Of a stretch of 64,000 bases of DNA, positions 38,301 through 46,887 are shown in pieces; positions within the stretch are counted from its first letter, which is position 1, and each line of letters starts with the position of its first letter. The DNA lies in the NCBI GenBank assembly GCA_963765495.1, contig CAVXWP010000013.1, positions 64,001 to 128,000 of the forward strand, given 5' to 3'. The DNA is from Blastocatellia bacterium (GTDB lineage: Bacteria; Acidobacteriota; Blastocatellia; UBA7656). The notes under the pieces are model-generated. The model saw only the letters and a program-made list of their open reading frames with translations, did not search any database and was not told the DNA's origin. The position numbers and the translations under genes are program-made.

Positions 38301-39525
38301 CTACGTGCGCACAAAACTGGAAAGCGTCAACCAGGGTGTGATCATCGTCTTTTGCGGAGAGCGGCGAGTGGGCAAAAGCTCGATTCTTTATCAGGTGCTA
38401 AACGGGCGGCTCGGCCCGCGCTTTATCCCCGTCTTCGTTGACATGCAGGAGATGGTCATCGCAAACGACGCGGAGTTCTTTGCGCGCACTTCGCGCCTGA
38501 TAGCCGAAGCCGTCGCTCGCTCCGACGAAATGCTTGAAGCCGAAAAGAGCCAAAGCGAAAGGCTTGAAACCGAAAGGCTTGAAACCGAAAGGCTTGAAAG
38601 CGCCGCTTTGACAGGCGCACCCCGAGCAGGCGCGACTGCTCAAGCAGGCAGCCAGAGGGTTGCCGCAGGACGCGACATTCGCCCGATTGTGCGCGCACCT
38701 GCCTTCGATCAGGGCAATCCTTATCCGGTATTCATAGATTTTCTCGACGATGTGCTTCGAGACATAGGCGACCGCGCCCTGCTCATACTGATAGACGAGT
38801 ACGAGTTGATGGAAGCAAAAGTGGATGAAGGAAAACTCTCGCCCGAACTCTTTACATTCTTAGCCGGGCTTATGGACAACAAAGAGCGGCTGGCTTTTAT
38901 CTTCACCGGCTCGCGCCGTCTGGAAGAGCGCGACAAGAAATACTGGCGCGAATTGCTCCGTCGGTCGCTGTTTCGCAAGGTCGGATTCCTGTCTAAAAAA
39001 GACGCGATCCGATTGATAACCGAGCCTGTCGAGGGCCGGGTAGTTTACGGGCGCGGGGTGATCGAAGAGTTGCACCGGCTGACAGCCGGGCAGCCTTTCT
39101 ATGCGCAGGTTCTGTGCCAGAACACCGTAGATTACCTCAACGAACACGAGCAGAACTGGGTCACTTTAAGCGACCTCAACCACGTTGTCTCAGACATAGT
39201 GGACAATCCCTTACCGCAGATGATCTACATGTGGGACGGGCTGTCGGATGATGAGAAGCTGGCGCTTTCGCTTATGGCCGAGATGCTCCCGGACGGGCGG
39301 ACATTCGCCACGGCTCAGGAGTTGCGCTCATCGGTAAAGTCAAACGAGTATCCGGTCAATTTATCGGAAAACACTATCCGGGTGACGCTTGAAGAATTAT
39401 TCCGCCGCGAGATGGTCGAGAAAGACTCGGCCGACGGCTTCCGTTTCAAGATAGACCTCTTTCGATTGTGGATTCGCCGGTCGCATTCGATCTGGCAGGT
39501 AGTCAAAGAAGTGCGAACGCTTTGA
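35302..39525 (+). CDS. Membrane receptor: 2x CarboxypepD_reg, beta-propeller (Reg_prop), Y_Y_Y, TM, STAND-like P-loop ATPase
   Basis: Repeated D..G.IW..T..G blades; PFWKRWWFY TM near 38095; PNPY...FYGRE, GERRVGKSS, LILIDEYE and GQPFY; start placed at GTG 35302 because TTG 35218 lies in a repeat. Confidence 0.85.
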   Translation: MLKKIQIRITSPVASLRRARRPLFLLLLVTLVAGTARMQGPVVAPPQVEGGIISGVAQDDRSAPLADVKVSISSKDFSASVRTQADGKFEFRNLKPDTYRITAEAVGFRKERTTVNITRPDEALNPVIKLSPSSLHVTVFDVNNQPLDGVTVALYTQERGAPPSVASRTTTDESGDAYFGRLSPDSYQLTAALRGYEEYRNEVFISSGITTELPLQLLVAPVIPINEKLTERFSVPNLPSKNVRSIFQDSEGWVWFGTDRGIARFNGADFKSSAMAASPYEQLIGEDVQSIAEDQQGTVWLGTPRGVRRISKAGAEVGEALSGRDVQDIKVDSRGNVWLATASGVFMFDGKDFVAFGQSEGLPSNDVRAIAEDKNGKIWIATANGAATIDEGKVEVFKQGDDLRGIFVDRAGTIWFATARGVQFYDGKRVNNLDIAAFKTARTSEDAESGARAISQDKLGRMWFALLRGGALIYDPARQESQQMSLLDRDHVAVIFTGREGNVWFGTEDGAVRADLYSFVNFTTSRGLPDNDVRAVVEMPPSGSSDIEGRLWFATAGGVSRMEGGRFVPVEGFRPNVEVRAIVFDRAGEAWFATGQGVFRSSGQTRTQINEGNGLASNNVHYLTPVTGGSAMMFATAKGVSVFKNGEIHSLEGLAGYDVRHIFEDADGRLWFATARGIVNFNPATEDAKLIDTSRGLADNDARWITRFNNQLLVATRAGVQVYNDQDTNRPSFTTLDGEPANTLFVDRDNFLWIGTDDGKVEKFAAIGGYMIPQVYSGENYALTGSRINSIYEDSEGEIWISTDKGAVRHLPIRVAPLARVSLEVDGHPDTPSESGTYSLSYGRQRLTFHFTAVSMSGVSMNGQVRYLYRVKSDQGERWSLLPVQPGVEREVNIFSLDAGTHTFELMALNRDLYGKDAPAAALSIRVGQPFWKRWWFYALALALIGITVAFVITARRAREREYVLPKELRSYVAIEPNPYIVGNPIRSENMFYGREDDFRYVRTKLESVNQGVIIVFCGERRVGKSSILYQVLNGRLGPRFIPVFVDMQEMVIANDAEFFARTSRLIAEAVARSDEMLEAEKSQSERLETERLETERLESAALTGAPRAGATAQAGSQRVAAGRDIRPIVRAPAFDQGNPYPVFIDFLDDVLRDIGDRALLILIDEYELMEAKVDEGKLSPELFTFLAGLMDNKERLAFIFTGSRRLEERDKKYWRELLRRSLFRKVGFLSKKDAIRLITEPVEGRVVYGRGVIEELHRLTAGQPFYAQVLCQNTVDYLNEHEQNWVTLSDLNHVVSDIVDNPLPQMIYMWDGLSDDEKLALSLMAEMLPDGRTFATAQELRSSVKSNEYPVNLSENTIRVTLEELFRREMVEKDSADGFRFKIDLFRLWIRRSHSIWQVVKEVRTL
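38556..38600. repeat. 15-bp tandem repeat x3 (ERLET) in ATPase insertion
   Basis: CGAAAGGCTTGAAA(C/G) x3. Confidence 0.9.
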
Positions 39526-39551
39526 GTTGTAAAGCGAAGGTCAATCGGCGC

Positions 39552-39600
39552 AAAATACCAGTTCTTAAAAAATACCAGTTCTTAAAAAATACCAGTTCTT
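39552..39600. repeat. 17-bp tandem repeat x3 abutting a start codon
   Basis: AAAAAATACCAGTTCTT x3 (first copy truncated) directly before ATG 39601. Confidence 0.9.
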
Positions 39601-41577
39601 ATGCAAGCAAACGAAATTCAACCACGCCCTAATCCCTACCTGAACCGGGTGGCGATCAAAGACCCGAAACAGTTTTTTGGACGCACAAGAGAAGTGGCCA
39701 AGATATTTTCGCGCATAGGCGCATCGCGCCCGCAATCGATCTCTGTCGTGGGCGAGCGGCGCATTGGCAAATCGAGCCTGCTTTATTACATCAATCATCC
39801 GGCAGTGCGCGCCCGATACCTCGACCGGAGTGATGCCTATACCTTTGTCTTTATCGACCTTCAGCAGAAGCGACGGCTCACGCTGACCGATTTTTTCAAG
39901 GAGTTGTTCGCGCTCATCGCAAGAGAGACCCGTGACGAATCCTTCACAACTCTTGATCCCGTTTTCGATTCCGTCCGCGTAATGCTTGAAGACTTTCGCC
40001 GCGAAGAGCGAAAGCTCATAGTGCTGTTCGACGAATTCGATGCCATCACGGCAAATAGCGCCTTTGATCTGGAGTTTTATTCTTTTCTGCGCTCAATCGC
40101 CAACAACTATGATGTAGCTTATGTGACAAGCTCGGCGCGCGATCTCCAGGAACTCTGCTACACGCAACTGATAGCCGACTCTCCGTTCTTCAACATCTTC
40201 ACAAATGTTTTTCTTCGCGCCTTCACGCGCAAGGAGGCGCTTGAGCTGATCACGCGACCCTCGGAAGAAGCCGCGCAACCGCTGGCAGGTTATGCCCGCC
40301 GCATCACGGAGATAGCCGGTTACTTTCCTTACTTTTTACAGATCGCCTGCTCGACCTATTACGACCACCTGCTTGAAAACGAGGGCAAGCTCGACCGCGA
40401 AGAGGTTGAAGCGACCTTTCTTGACGAAGCCAAAGGTCAGTTCCGGTTTATCTGGGATCACATGAACGAAGGGCAGCGCAGGTGCATACGCGATTTTCTC
40501 TCCGAAGGCCGCGTTGAAAAAGAGCAGGAGCACATCTACGAAGACCTCAAGCGCGCCGGTTATTTTATAGAAGATGATCGGGGGCCGCGAATATTTTCCA
40601 ATCTGTTTTCGACTGTAGTCTCGCGTCAGCGAGTCATCACAAGCGAACTGCGCGAAACCGACAGGGCAGTCCTCGCCGTGCACGACGGAAAGACCGAGAA
40701 GGTCCTGGCTCCGCCCCTGATCGAGCCCAAAGGTCACATAGGCCGTTTCGACATAGTGCGCTCTTTAGGCGCGGGCGGCATGGGCGAGATATTCGAAGCC
40801 TACGACACGGAGCTTCATCGCACGGTCGCAATAAAGGTACTGGCCTCGAAATATGTCGAGGACGATACGATGAAGCAGCGATTCCTCAGAGAAGCGCGCA
40901 TGGCATCGCAACTCAATCATCCGAATATCGCCACGATATACGAAATAGGTGAAGCGGCGGGCAATCCTTACATAATCATGGAGATGGTCGTGGGCGTAAC
41001 GCTTGCGGATCGTTTGATGAACGGCCCTTTCGATCTGAAATCCGTCGCAGACATCGGCATACAATCGGCTGAGGCGCTTGCGGAGGCTCACGAGCGCGGC
41101 GTGGTCCACCGCGACATCAAGACCTCGAACATTATGATAAATGATCGCGGGAAAGTGAAAGTGCTCGATTTCGGTCTGGCAAAACCCCTGCCTGTGGTAA
41201 ACAAGCAAAAGAGCAAGACCCGGCTCACGGAATCGGGCATACTGATCGGGACCGTGAATTATATGTCGCCCGAACAGGCTACGGGGCGAGGCGAGGTCAA
41301 TCACCTCTCCGACATATTCTCGCTGGGCGTCGTTTTATACGAGATAACCTGCGGGCGGCTGCCATTTGAAGGGGACACATACTTTCAGACTATCGAAGCG
41401 ATCAATAAACGCAAGCCCTCTCCCGTAAAGAAACACCGCGAAGACGCGCCTGATCGGCTCATAGCGATAATCGAGCGTATGCTTAAAAAAGACTCTGCCG
41501 AGCGCTATCAATCGGCCCATGATGTAGCGCAAGACCTGGCCCGGATCAACGCATCCGATTTGCAACAGGGTGAGTGA
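39601..41577 (+). CDS. STAND-like P-loop ATPase fused to C-terminal Hanks Ser/Thr kinase
   Basis: PNPY...FFGR, GERRIGKSS, IVLFDEFD and GYFPYF; then LGAGGMG, VAIK, HRDIKTSN, DFG, YMSPEQ and DIFSLG. Confidence 0.9.
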   Translation: MQANEIQPRPNPYLNRVAIKDPKQFFGRTREVAKIFSRIGASRPQSISVVGERRIGKSSLLYYINHPAVRARYLDRSDAYTFVFIDLQQKRRLTLTDFFKELFALIARETRDESFTTLDPVFDSVRVMLEDFRREERKLIVLFDEFDAITANSAFDLEFYSFLRSIANNYDVAYVTSSARDLQELCYTQLIADSPFFNIFTNVFLRAFTRKEALELITRPSEEAAQPLAGYARRITEIAGYFPYFLQIACSTYYDHLLENEGKLDREEVEATFLDEAKGQFRFIWDHMNEGQRRCIRDFLSEGRVEKEQEHIYEDLKRAGYFIEDDRGPRIFSNLFSTVVSRQRVITSELRETDRAVLAVHDGKTEKVLAPPLIEPKGHIGRFDIVRSLGAGGMGEIFEAYDTELHRTVAIKVLASKYVEDDTMKQRFLREARMASQLNHPNIATIYEIGEAAGNPYIIMEMVVGVTLADRLMNGPFDLKSVADIGIQSAEALAEAHERGVVHRDIKTSNIMINDRGKVKVLDFGLAKPLPVVNKQKSKTRLTESGILIGTVNYMSPEQATGRGEVNHLSDIFSLGVVLYEITCGRLPFEGDTYFQTIEAINKRKPSPVKKHREDAPDRLIAIIERMLKKDSAERYQSAHDVAQDLARINASDLQQGE

Positions 41578-41591
41578 GACAAACAGGGATT

Positions 41592-41651
41592 TTTGACAGG
41601 ATTAACAGGGTTTAAAACGATTCAACCGTGTTCTCTGTTAATCCTGTCAAA
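41592..41651. repeat. Nonamer-type palindromic element, possibly a bidirectional terminator
   Basis: Perfect 17-bp IR TTTGACAGGATTAACAG / CTGTTAATCCTGTCAAA between convergent genes. Confidence 0.75.
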
Positions 41652-41709
41652 GAACGCCCTCGAGCTTTTCAGCCGATAGGGCTTTTAACGAGCAGGCTCA
41701 TCTTTTCGA

Positions 41710-42381
41710 TCAGACTTCTCTGCGATGATGATCGGGGCTGATTGAAATCTCATCATCGTAAGTGGATTCGCGTGTGAACATCACAAAACCTACGCCGATA
41801 ATGACGAGCAACAGCACCAGCACGATCACCAGAAAATACCAGGGCAGATTTGGCTGATCCGGGTTATCGCGCCCGCCGATTGCCAGCAGCACAAACGGGC
41901 CTACGACCGCGCCAACCAGTCCCAGAACCAGTGCCACCCGGTCAATCATACCTTCCTGCGGCACTTTCACGTGCCAGCCGCTGTAGGCTCCAACGGTTGC
42001 CGCGATCAGCGAAAGCCCGAGCAAAAGCAGGCTTCGTCCGGCAAAGGCGAGATGCCCGGTCTCATCGCTGAGCAGAAGTCCGGTCACAAACTGAGGCTTG
42101 TTGGATTCGGGCAATATCAGATAGATCAGCGCGCTCAACACGAGCGTCGAAACCGCCACGATCACCGCGTCGCCTATTCGCAGTTCTTCGCTCATCCAGC
42201 CGATGACGAATCCCCCGACAAAGAACGTGCCCAGCGTTATCCCCAGAACATACAGCGATATAGTGCCCTCTCCGAGATTCGTCCCTGTAAAGGCAATGCC
42301 GGTGTAGATTAACGAGAGTATTACCTGAAGCCCGAACGTGAAGCCGAGCCCGACTAACATCCATTTGATACGATCCTTCAT
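41710..42381 (-). CDS. Hypothetical integral membrane protein (about 6 TM)
   Basis: Gly-rich hydrophobic helices; ATG 42381 with AAGGAGG upstream. Confidence 0.75.
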   Translation of the reverse strand: MKDRIKWMLVGLGFTFGLQVILSLIYTGIAFTGTNLGEGTISLYVLGITLGTFFVGGFVIGWMSEELRIGDAVIVAVSTLVLSALIYLILPESNKPQFVTGLLLSDETGHLAFAGRSLLLLGLSLIAATVGAYSGWHVKVPQEGMIDRVALVLGLVGAVVGPFVLLAIGGRDNPDQPNLPWYFLVIVLVLLLVIIGVGFVMFTRESTYDDEISISPDHHRREV

Positions 42382-42633
42382 TATTGAACCCCTCCTTGCG
42401 CCACGGCTCACACAGCCTGTGGTCCCACGCTGTTCCAATAAATTGTTTGTAAATCCCTACATGCGCGTATGTACGATCTGGCAACCCCGACGAGTTCCTC
42501 AAACGTATTATCGTTCAAACTCAGCGATAATGTTGCAGATCAAATCGAGGATAAGTTGCGCCGTTCGATTTGGTCCGGGTTGAGTCGTTGATCGGGATTT
42601 CAATCTCTCCTCTCACAACTCGTCTTTGAGCCC

Positions 42634-42662
42634 ATCTTAGTCCTGTGTGAGGCTGGTGTCAA
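42634..42662 (-). promoter_or_regulatory. Sigma70 promoter
   Basis: Minus strand TTGACA (42662-42657), 17 nt, TAAGAT (42639-42634). Confidence 0.6.
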
Positions 42663-42715
42663 AGCCCGCAAGACGGGAGTAATTAGCAAAGCAGGCCAAG
42701 AACCGGCGTGAAGAA

Positions 42716-44719
42716 TCAGGCGACTCCAACCAGGCGCAAACCCTGAACGACCGCCGAAGAGAGCAGATACCCGATTCCCGTATAAAAGAGAAGCTGCAAC
42801 CCGGCCATGCGCCAGGAATTGGTTTCGCTGCGGATGACCGCAACCGTCGAAAGGCATTGAAGCGAGAAGAAGAAGAAAACGATCATTCCCAGAATAGATG
42901 AAGGCGTAAAGACCCGCCGGGAAGTGCCGGAAAAGGTGGCCGTGCGCAACTGCTCTAAAAGCCCTTCCTGCCCCGTATCATTGTCGTCGGCCACGTGAAA
43001 GACTATTGCCATAGAGCTTACAAAAACCTCGCGCGCCGCAAAGGCCGAGATCAGCCCAACCCCAACCCTCCAATCAACACCCATAGGCTTGAGGACCGGT
43101 TCTATAGTTTGTCCCAACTGCGCGGCAAATGAGTGATCCAATTCGCTCGTGCTGATCACGGACGACGAGCGGTTCTCAGATGTTGCAGGCTGACGGGATG
43201 TGAATCCGAAGTTTGAGAGCAGCCAGAGGCAGGCGGAGATTATTACTATTGGCGTCCCTGCCTTTTTCAGATAAGCCGATGACCGGCTCCAGGTGATTCT
43301 AAGCGTCGGTTTGACCAGAGGTTTTCGATATGCAGGCATCTCCATCGCAAGCATCGAAGAGGCGCGCTTGCGCAAAATCAAGCGGCTTATCAACCCGGCT
43401 GTGAGCGATCCAATAAGCAGGCTCAGCACATAAATAGACGCGAGACTGAGTCCTGAAAGCCACGGAGAGGCGGGAAGCAGGGCGGCAAGCAGCAGCGCGT
43501 AAACAGGAAGCCGCGCGCTGCAACTCATCAAAGGAATGATCCAGATCGTAAGCAATCGCTCGCGCTTTGAAGGTATCGTGCGCGCTGCAAGTACCGCAGG
43601 AATCGCGCAGGCGAAACCGCTCAGCATCGGCACAAAAGAGCGTCCGTGCAGTCCAAGAAAGGAGAGAGGACGGTCTACGAGCGCCGCGCCGCGTGCCAGA
43701 TAACCCGAATCTTCAAGCAGGGTCATCAGGAAAAAGAGGATTATTATCTGAGGGAAAAAGACCGCAACCGCGCCGACTCCGCCTATCAACCCATCGGCTA
43801 TGAAACGGGCCAGAATCCCGTCGGGCAGAACTCGCAACACGAGCTGTCCGGCCTGGCCAAATCCAGCTTCGATCAGATCCATAAAGGGTTTGGCAGCCCA
43901 GAATATTGCGGCGAATAATCCCATCAGGATGGTAAAAAATATGGGGAACCCAAAATAACGATTCAAGACTATGCGATCAATGCGCGAGGTAAACGAGTCT
44001 GTAGCCAGAGCCATCGGATTGCCGCGTTTAAGCGCCCCGCTCTTTTCGAGCAGTTCGCGGATTATTTTGTAAGCAGCAACCGGCTCATCGGGCAACGACG
44101 CAAGCGCGCTTGCCTGTCCGTTTGTCTCGGCAAACTGGCGGCGCAATCGAGTGACAAGTTCGGCAGCGCCCCATCCGGTGCGTCCGTCTACAGGTATGAC
44201 CGGGACTCGCAGCGCCGCTTCGAGTTTAGCTACGCTGACCGTTTGATTTGTACGAGCGAGCAAATCCGTCATCGTGAGCGCCACAACAAACGGCTTCCCC
44301 TGCCGGGCAGCAAAGGCGGCAAACTTTAGATGGCGCTCCAATTGATTGGCATCTACGACGATTATCAGCGCGTCGGGCTTGACCGAATGATGGCGGCCTT
44401 CAAGCACCTGGCAGGAGAGGGCTTCCTCCGGGGAAGGCGAGAAAGGGCTATGGACACCGGGCAAATCCACAAGCGTCAATTGAGGACCGAATTCCGATTT
44501 TGATTTGCCGCGCGACAATGCTACGGTCACACCCGGATAGTTAGCCGTGTGAAAACTGCCGCCCGTAAGCGCGTTCATCAGCGCAGTCTTTCCGGCATTG
44601 GGCATACCAACAAGACAGACCGTAGCCGGCCCTGCCTGTAGCTTTGCCTCTTCGGACTGTGTGTGTGGGGCCCGGGTGTCGGGTTTTGTGATGGTTACTT
44701 CTACTGAACCTGTATCCAC
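42716..44719 (-). CDS. feoB: Ferrous iron transporter B
   Basis: GMPNAGKT, NYPGVT, DLPG, LEDSGYLAR, CSARLPVY and AAREVFVS. Confidence 0.95.
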   Translation of the reverse strand: MDTGSVEVTITKPDTRAPHTQSEEAKLQAGPATVCLVGMPNAGKTALMNALTGGSFHTANYPGVTVALSRGKSKSEFGPQLTLVDLPGVHSPFSPSPEEALSCQVLEGRHHSVKPDALIIVVDANQLERHLKFAAFAARQGKPFVVALTMTDLLARTNQTVSVAKLEAALRVPVIPVDGRTGWGAAELVTRLRRQFAETNGQASALASLPDEPVAAYKIIRELLEKSGALKRGNPMALATDSFTSRIDRIVLNRYFGFPIFFTILMGLFAAIFWAAKPFMDLIEAGFGQAGQLVLRVLPDGILARFIADGLIGGVGAVAVFFPQIIILFFLMTLLEDSGYLARGAALVDRPLSFLGLHGRSFVPMLSGFACAIPAVLAARTIPSKRERLLTIWIIPLMSCSARLPVYALLLAALLPASPWLSGLSLASIYVLSLLIGSLTAGLISRLILRKRASSMLAMEMPAYRKPLVKPTLRITWSRSSAYLKKAGTPIVIISACLWLLSNFGFTSRQPATSENRSSSVISTSELDHSFAAQLGQTIEPVLKPMGVDWRVGVGLISAFAAREVFVSSMAIVFHVADDNDTGQEGLLEQLRTATFSGTSRRVFTPSSILGMIVFFFFSLQCLSTVAVIRSETNSWRMAGLQLLFYTGIGYLLSSAVVQGLRLVGVA

Positions 44720-44919
44720 GAAGCTTCCCGCCGTCTGAGCGCCAGGCGCATGCCGCGCACCAAAACAACCAGTGGATCACCGAGAGGGACAGCCTGAACG
44801 ACCGCCATCTCTTCACCCGGCGTAATGCCTAAATCGAGCAGCCTGCGGCATTCTTCTTCCGGCCCTTCAAGGCGATCTACCTGATGCCACATATTGAGCG
44901 GCGCTTCCAGCAAACTCAT
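44701..44919 (-). CDS. feoA: Ferrous iron transport protein A
   Basis: RRLLDLGITPG..PLGDP..VRG.RLALRRREA. Confidence 0.93.
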   Translation of the reverse strand: MSLLEAPLNMWHQVDRLEGPEEECRRLLDLGITPGEEMAVVQAVPLGDPLVVLVRGMRLALRRREASWIQVQ

Positions 44920-44976
44920 GATTATTCCCCTTGCCTAAGCATGGTAATGATATTCACTATAACCTTAGAGCTTAAT

Positions 44977-45040
44977 AATGAAATTCATTTTCATTTCTGA
45001 CTACAAGCGGAAGGATATAATTAAAAGGAGGGGTTGTCAA
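44977..45040 (-). promoter_or_regulatory. feoAB promoter and Fur-box-like operator
   Basis: TTGACA (45040-45035), 17 nt, TATCCT; AATGAAATTCATTTTCATT at 44977-44995 fits the 7-1-7 Fur box; weaker site near 44946. Confidence 0.65.
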
Positions 45041-45137
45041 CCGTTTTGTCGGTTATCATTTAACTGATGTCACGGACAAGGGACAAAGCCCCAAACTTGC
45101 TTTTTCGACTGACGGCCCGCAATATCATTTCCAGCGC

Positions 45138-46841
45138 GTGCCAGATAACAGGATCAGGATAGTGAGCGACATAGTCGAAAGGGTCTTGAATTTCATCGAG
45201 CACCATACAATGCTCGATAAATCGAGAGGCATAGTAGTGGCAGTAAGCGGCGGCCCCGACTCGGTGGCGCTGCTGGATATATTTGTGGGATTGGCCCGTC
45301 GTCCGCGCCTTCACGTAGCGCATTTGAACCATCAACTGCGAGGCCCGGAATCGGATGACGACGCCGAGTTTGTTCGCCTTTTGGCCGAAAAACTTGGCCT
45401 TTCGGCCACTGTGGGCGCAGCCGATGTGCGAGCGGCGGCTCAACTGTCGGGGCGGGGCATCGAAGAGACGGCGCGTGAAATCAGATATGATTTTTTGCTT
45501 CAAACGGCACGAGAGCAGGATTGTGACCGCATCACGACCGGCCACACCATGACCGATCAGGCAGAGACTTTTTTGATGAGACTCGCGCGCGGCTCAGGAC
45601 TTCGCGGTCTCGCCGCGATGCGCCCGGTGTCAGAGGCGCACTTCTTCTGCGAAGAAGTGCGCCGGGGGCCGGGGGCCGGGGGCCAGGGGCCGGTACTGAC
45701 TGAGGCGACATACAATCAAAGAGTGATAGAAGCTCAGAAAACAAATGAGGATTCCAGGCTCGATTTACCCCGGCCCCCGGCCCCCGGCCCCCGGCCCCTG
45801 CTCATCCGGCCCCTGCTCATCCGCCCTCTGCTTTGCCTCACTCGCGAAGAGGTAGAAGAACATTGCCAAACGCGCGGGCTGATGTTTCGCACAGACTCGA
45901 CCAATCTTGTGCCTGATTACACACGCAATCAGGTGCGGCTCAATGTGCTGCCCGCGCTTCGGGCGATCAATCCGCAAGCGGTCAGGTCTATAGCGCGCGC
46001 ATCCGAAATCATTGCGCGAGACCAGGACGCGCTCGAAATCCTTGCCTGTTCATTGCTCGACGAGGCGCGAGTCTGCGCGTCGGGCGAGTGCCCGGCGGGT
46101 CAGGAGTCTGCTGCTTACAGGGTCGCGGCTCTTCTTGCACAGCCCCGTGGTTTGAGGCGGCGAATGATCGTCGAAGCAATAAATCGAGCGCGCACGCGCC
46201 CGGATCAGCCCGGGCCGAGCGATGCCGGAATACTTTCTCTCTCTCCGCCCCCATCTGTGCGCCGGACACAGATAGATTCAAGGCATATAGATCAGGCAGA
46301 GCATTTGTTGGATAATCGTATGAGCGGTAAGCGAGTCCATTTGCCGGATGGGCTGGAAATCTGGCGCGAGTTTGATGCGCTTCGTTTTGAGATCAAAAGC
46401 GGCTATCCTGATAATGGATACGCTTTCGAGTTAAGCGTCGCGCGACCGGAAATAGAAGCAGGCGGTTTTCGCATCATGCTGCTGCGTGGAGAGCCGGGCC
46501 ATCTGCTTCGAGAGAAAATTGCCGAGGTTATGAGAGAGAAAAACCGTGGGGGAAGAGATTGGATGATTGCCGTGCTTGATGATCCGGCGTTGCCTGAAAC
46601 TCTTGTCGTAAGGCCGCGCGGACCGGGCGAAACCGCCCACGTTCTGGGACAGCTTAAGATAAAGAAGTTGAAAAACTTGATGATTGGCCATAGAATCCCT
46701 TCTAGCCGTCGGGCCATCTGGCCTGTGGTGGCAACCACTGACGGTCGGTATGTGTGGTCGCCCGGACTGCCCCCTGCCGTAGAATTCACCGCACGAGACG
46801 AGACTCACCGCCTTGCCGTCTTGCGGGCTTCAAGCGTTTGA
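45138..46841 (+). CDS. tilS: tRNA(Ile)-lysidine synthetase, with in-frame palindromic insertion
   Basis: AVSGGPDS, HLNHQLR, EETAREIRY, GHTMTDQAETFLMRLARGSG and DSTN...YTRNQVR; start uncertain. Confidence 0.95.
   Translation: MPDNRIRIVSDIVERVLNFIEHHTMLDKSRGIVVAVSGGPDSVALLDIFVGLARRPRLHVAHLNHQLRGPESDDDAEFVRLLAEKLGLSATVGAADVRAAAQLSGRGIEETAREIRYDFLLQTAREQDCDRITTGHTMTDQAETFLMRLARGSGLRGLAAMRPVSEAHFFCEEVRRGPGAGGQGPVLTEATYNQRVIEAQKTNEDSRLDLPRPPAPGPRPLLIRPLLIRPLLCLTREEVEEHCQTRGLMFRTDSTNLVPDYTRNQVRLNVLPALRAINPQAVRSIARASEIIARDQDALEILACSLLDEARVCASGECPAGQESAAYRVAALLAQPRGLRRRMIVEAINRARTRPDQPGPSDAGILSLSPPPSVRRTQIDSRHIDQAEHLLDNRMSGKRVHLPDGLEIWREFDALRFEIKSGYPDNGYAFELSVARPEIEAGGFRIMLLRGEPGHLLREKIAEVMREKNRGGRDWMIAVLDDPALPETLVVRPRGPGETAHVLGQLKIKKLKNLMIGHRIPSSRRAIWPVVATTDGRYVWSPGLPPAVEFTARDETHRLAVLRASSV
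45665..45820. repeat. Palindromic element (GGGGCCG)x4 - 76-nt loop - (CGGCCCC)x4 inside tilS, plus adjacent 15-bp duplication
   Basis: Arms 45665-45693 and 45770-45798; CCGGCCCCTGCTCAT x2 (RPLLI repeated). Confidence 0.9.
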
Positions 46842-46887
46842 CTTTTGATCTGGAATCAATGGTTCCGACGCGCTGGGGACAATTAAC

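Noticed and set aside
35302-41577. Avs-type antiphage STAND defence system
   Set aside because: No nuclease, TIR or SIR2 effector, no C-terminal TPR sensor and no defence-island context; signalling fits better, though defence is not excluded
42451-42600. 6S RNA or a known riboswitch
   Set aside because: Ends pair but the predicted structure is branched, and no diagnostic motif was recognised; kept only as an unassigned leader
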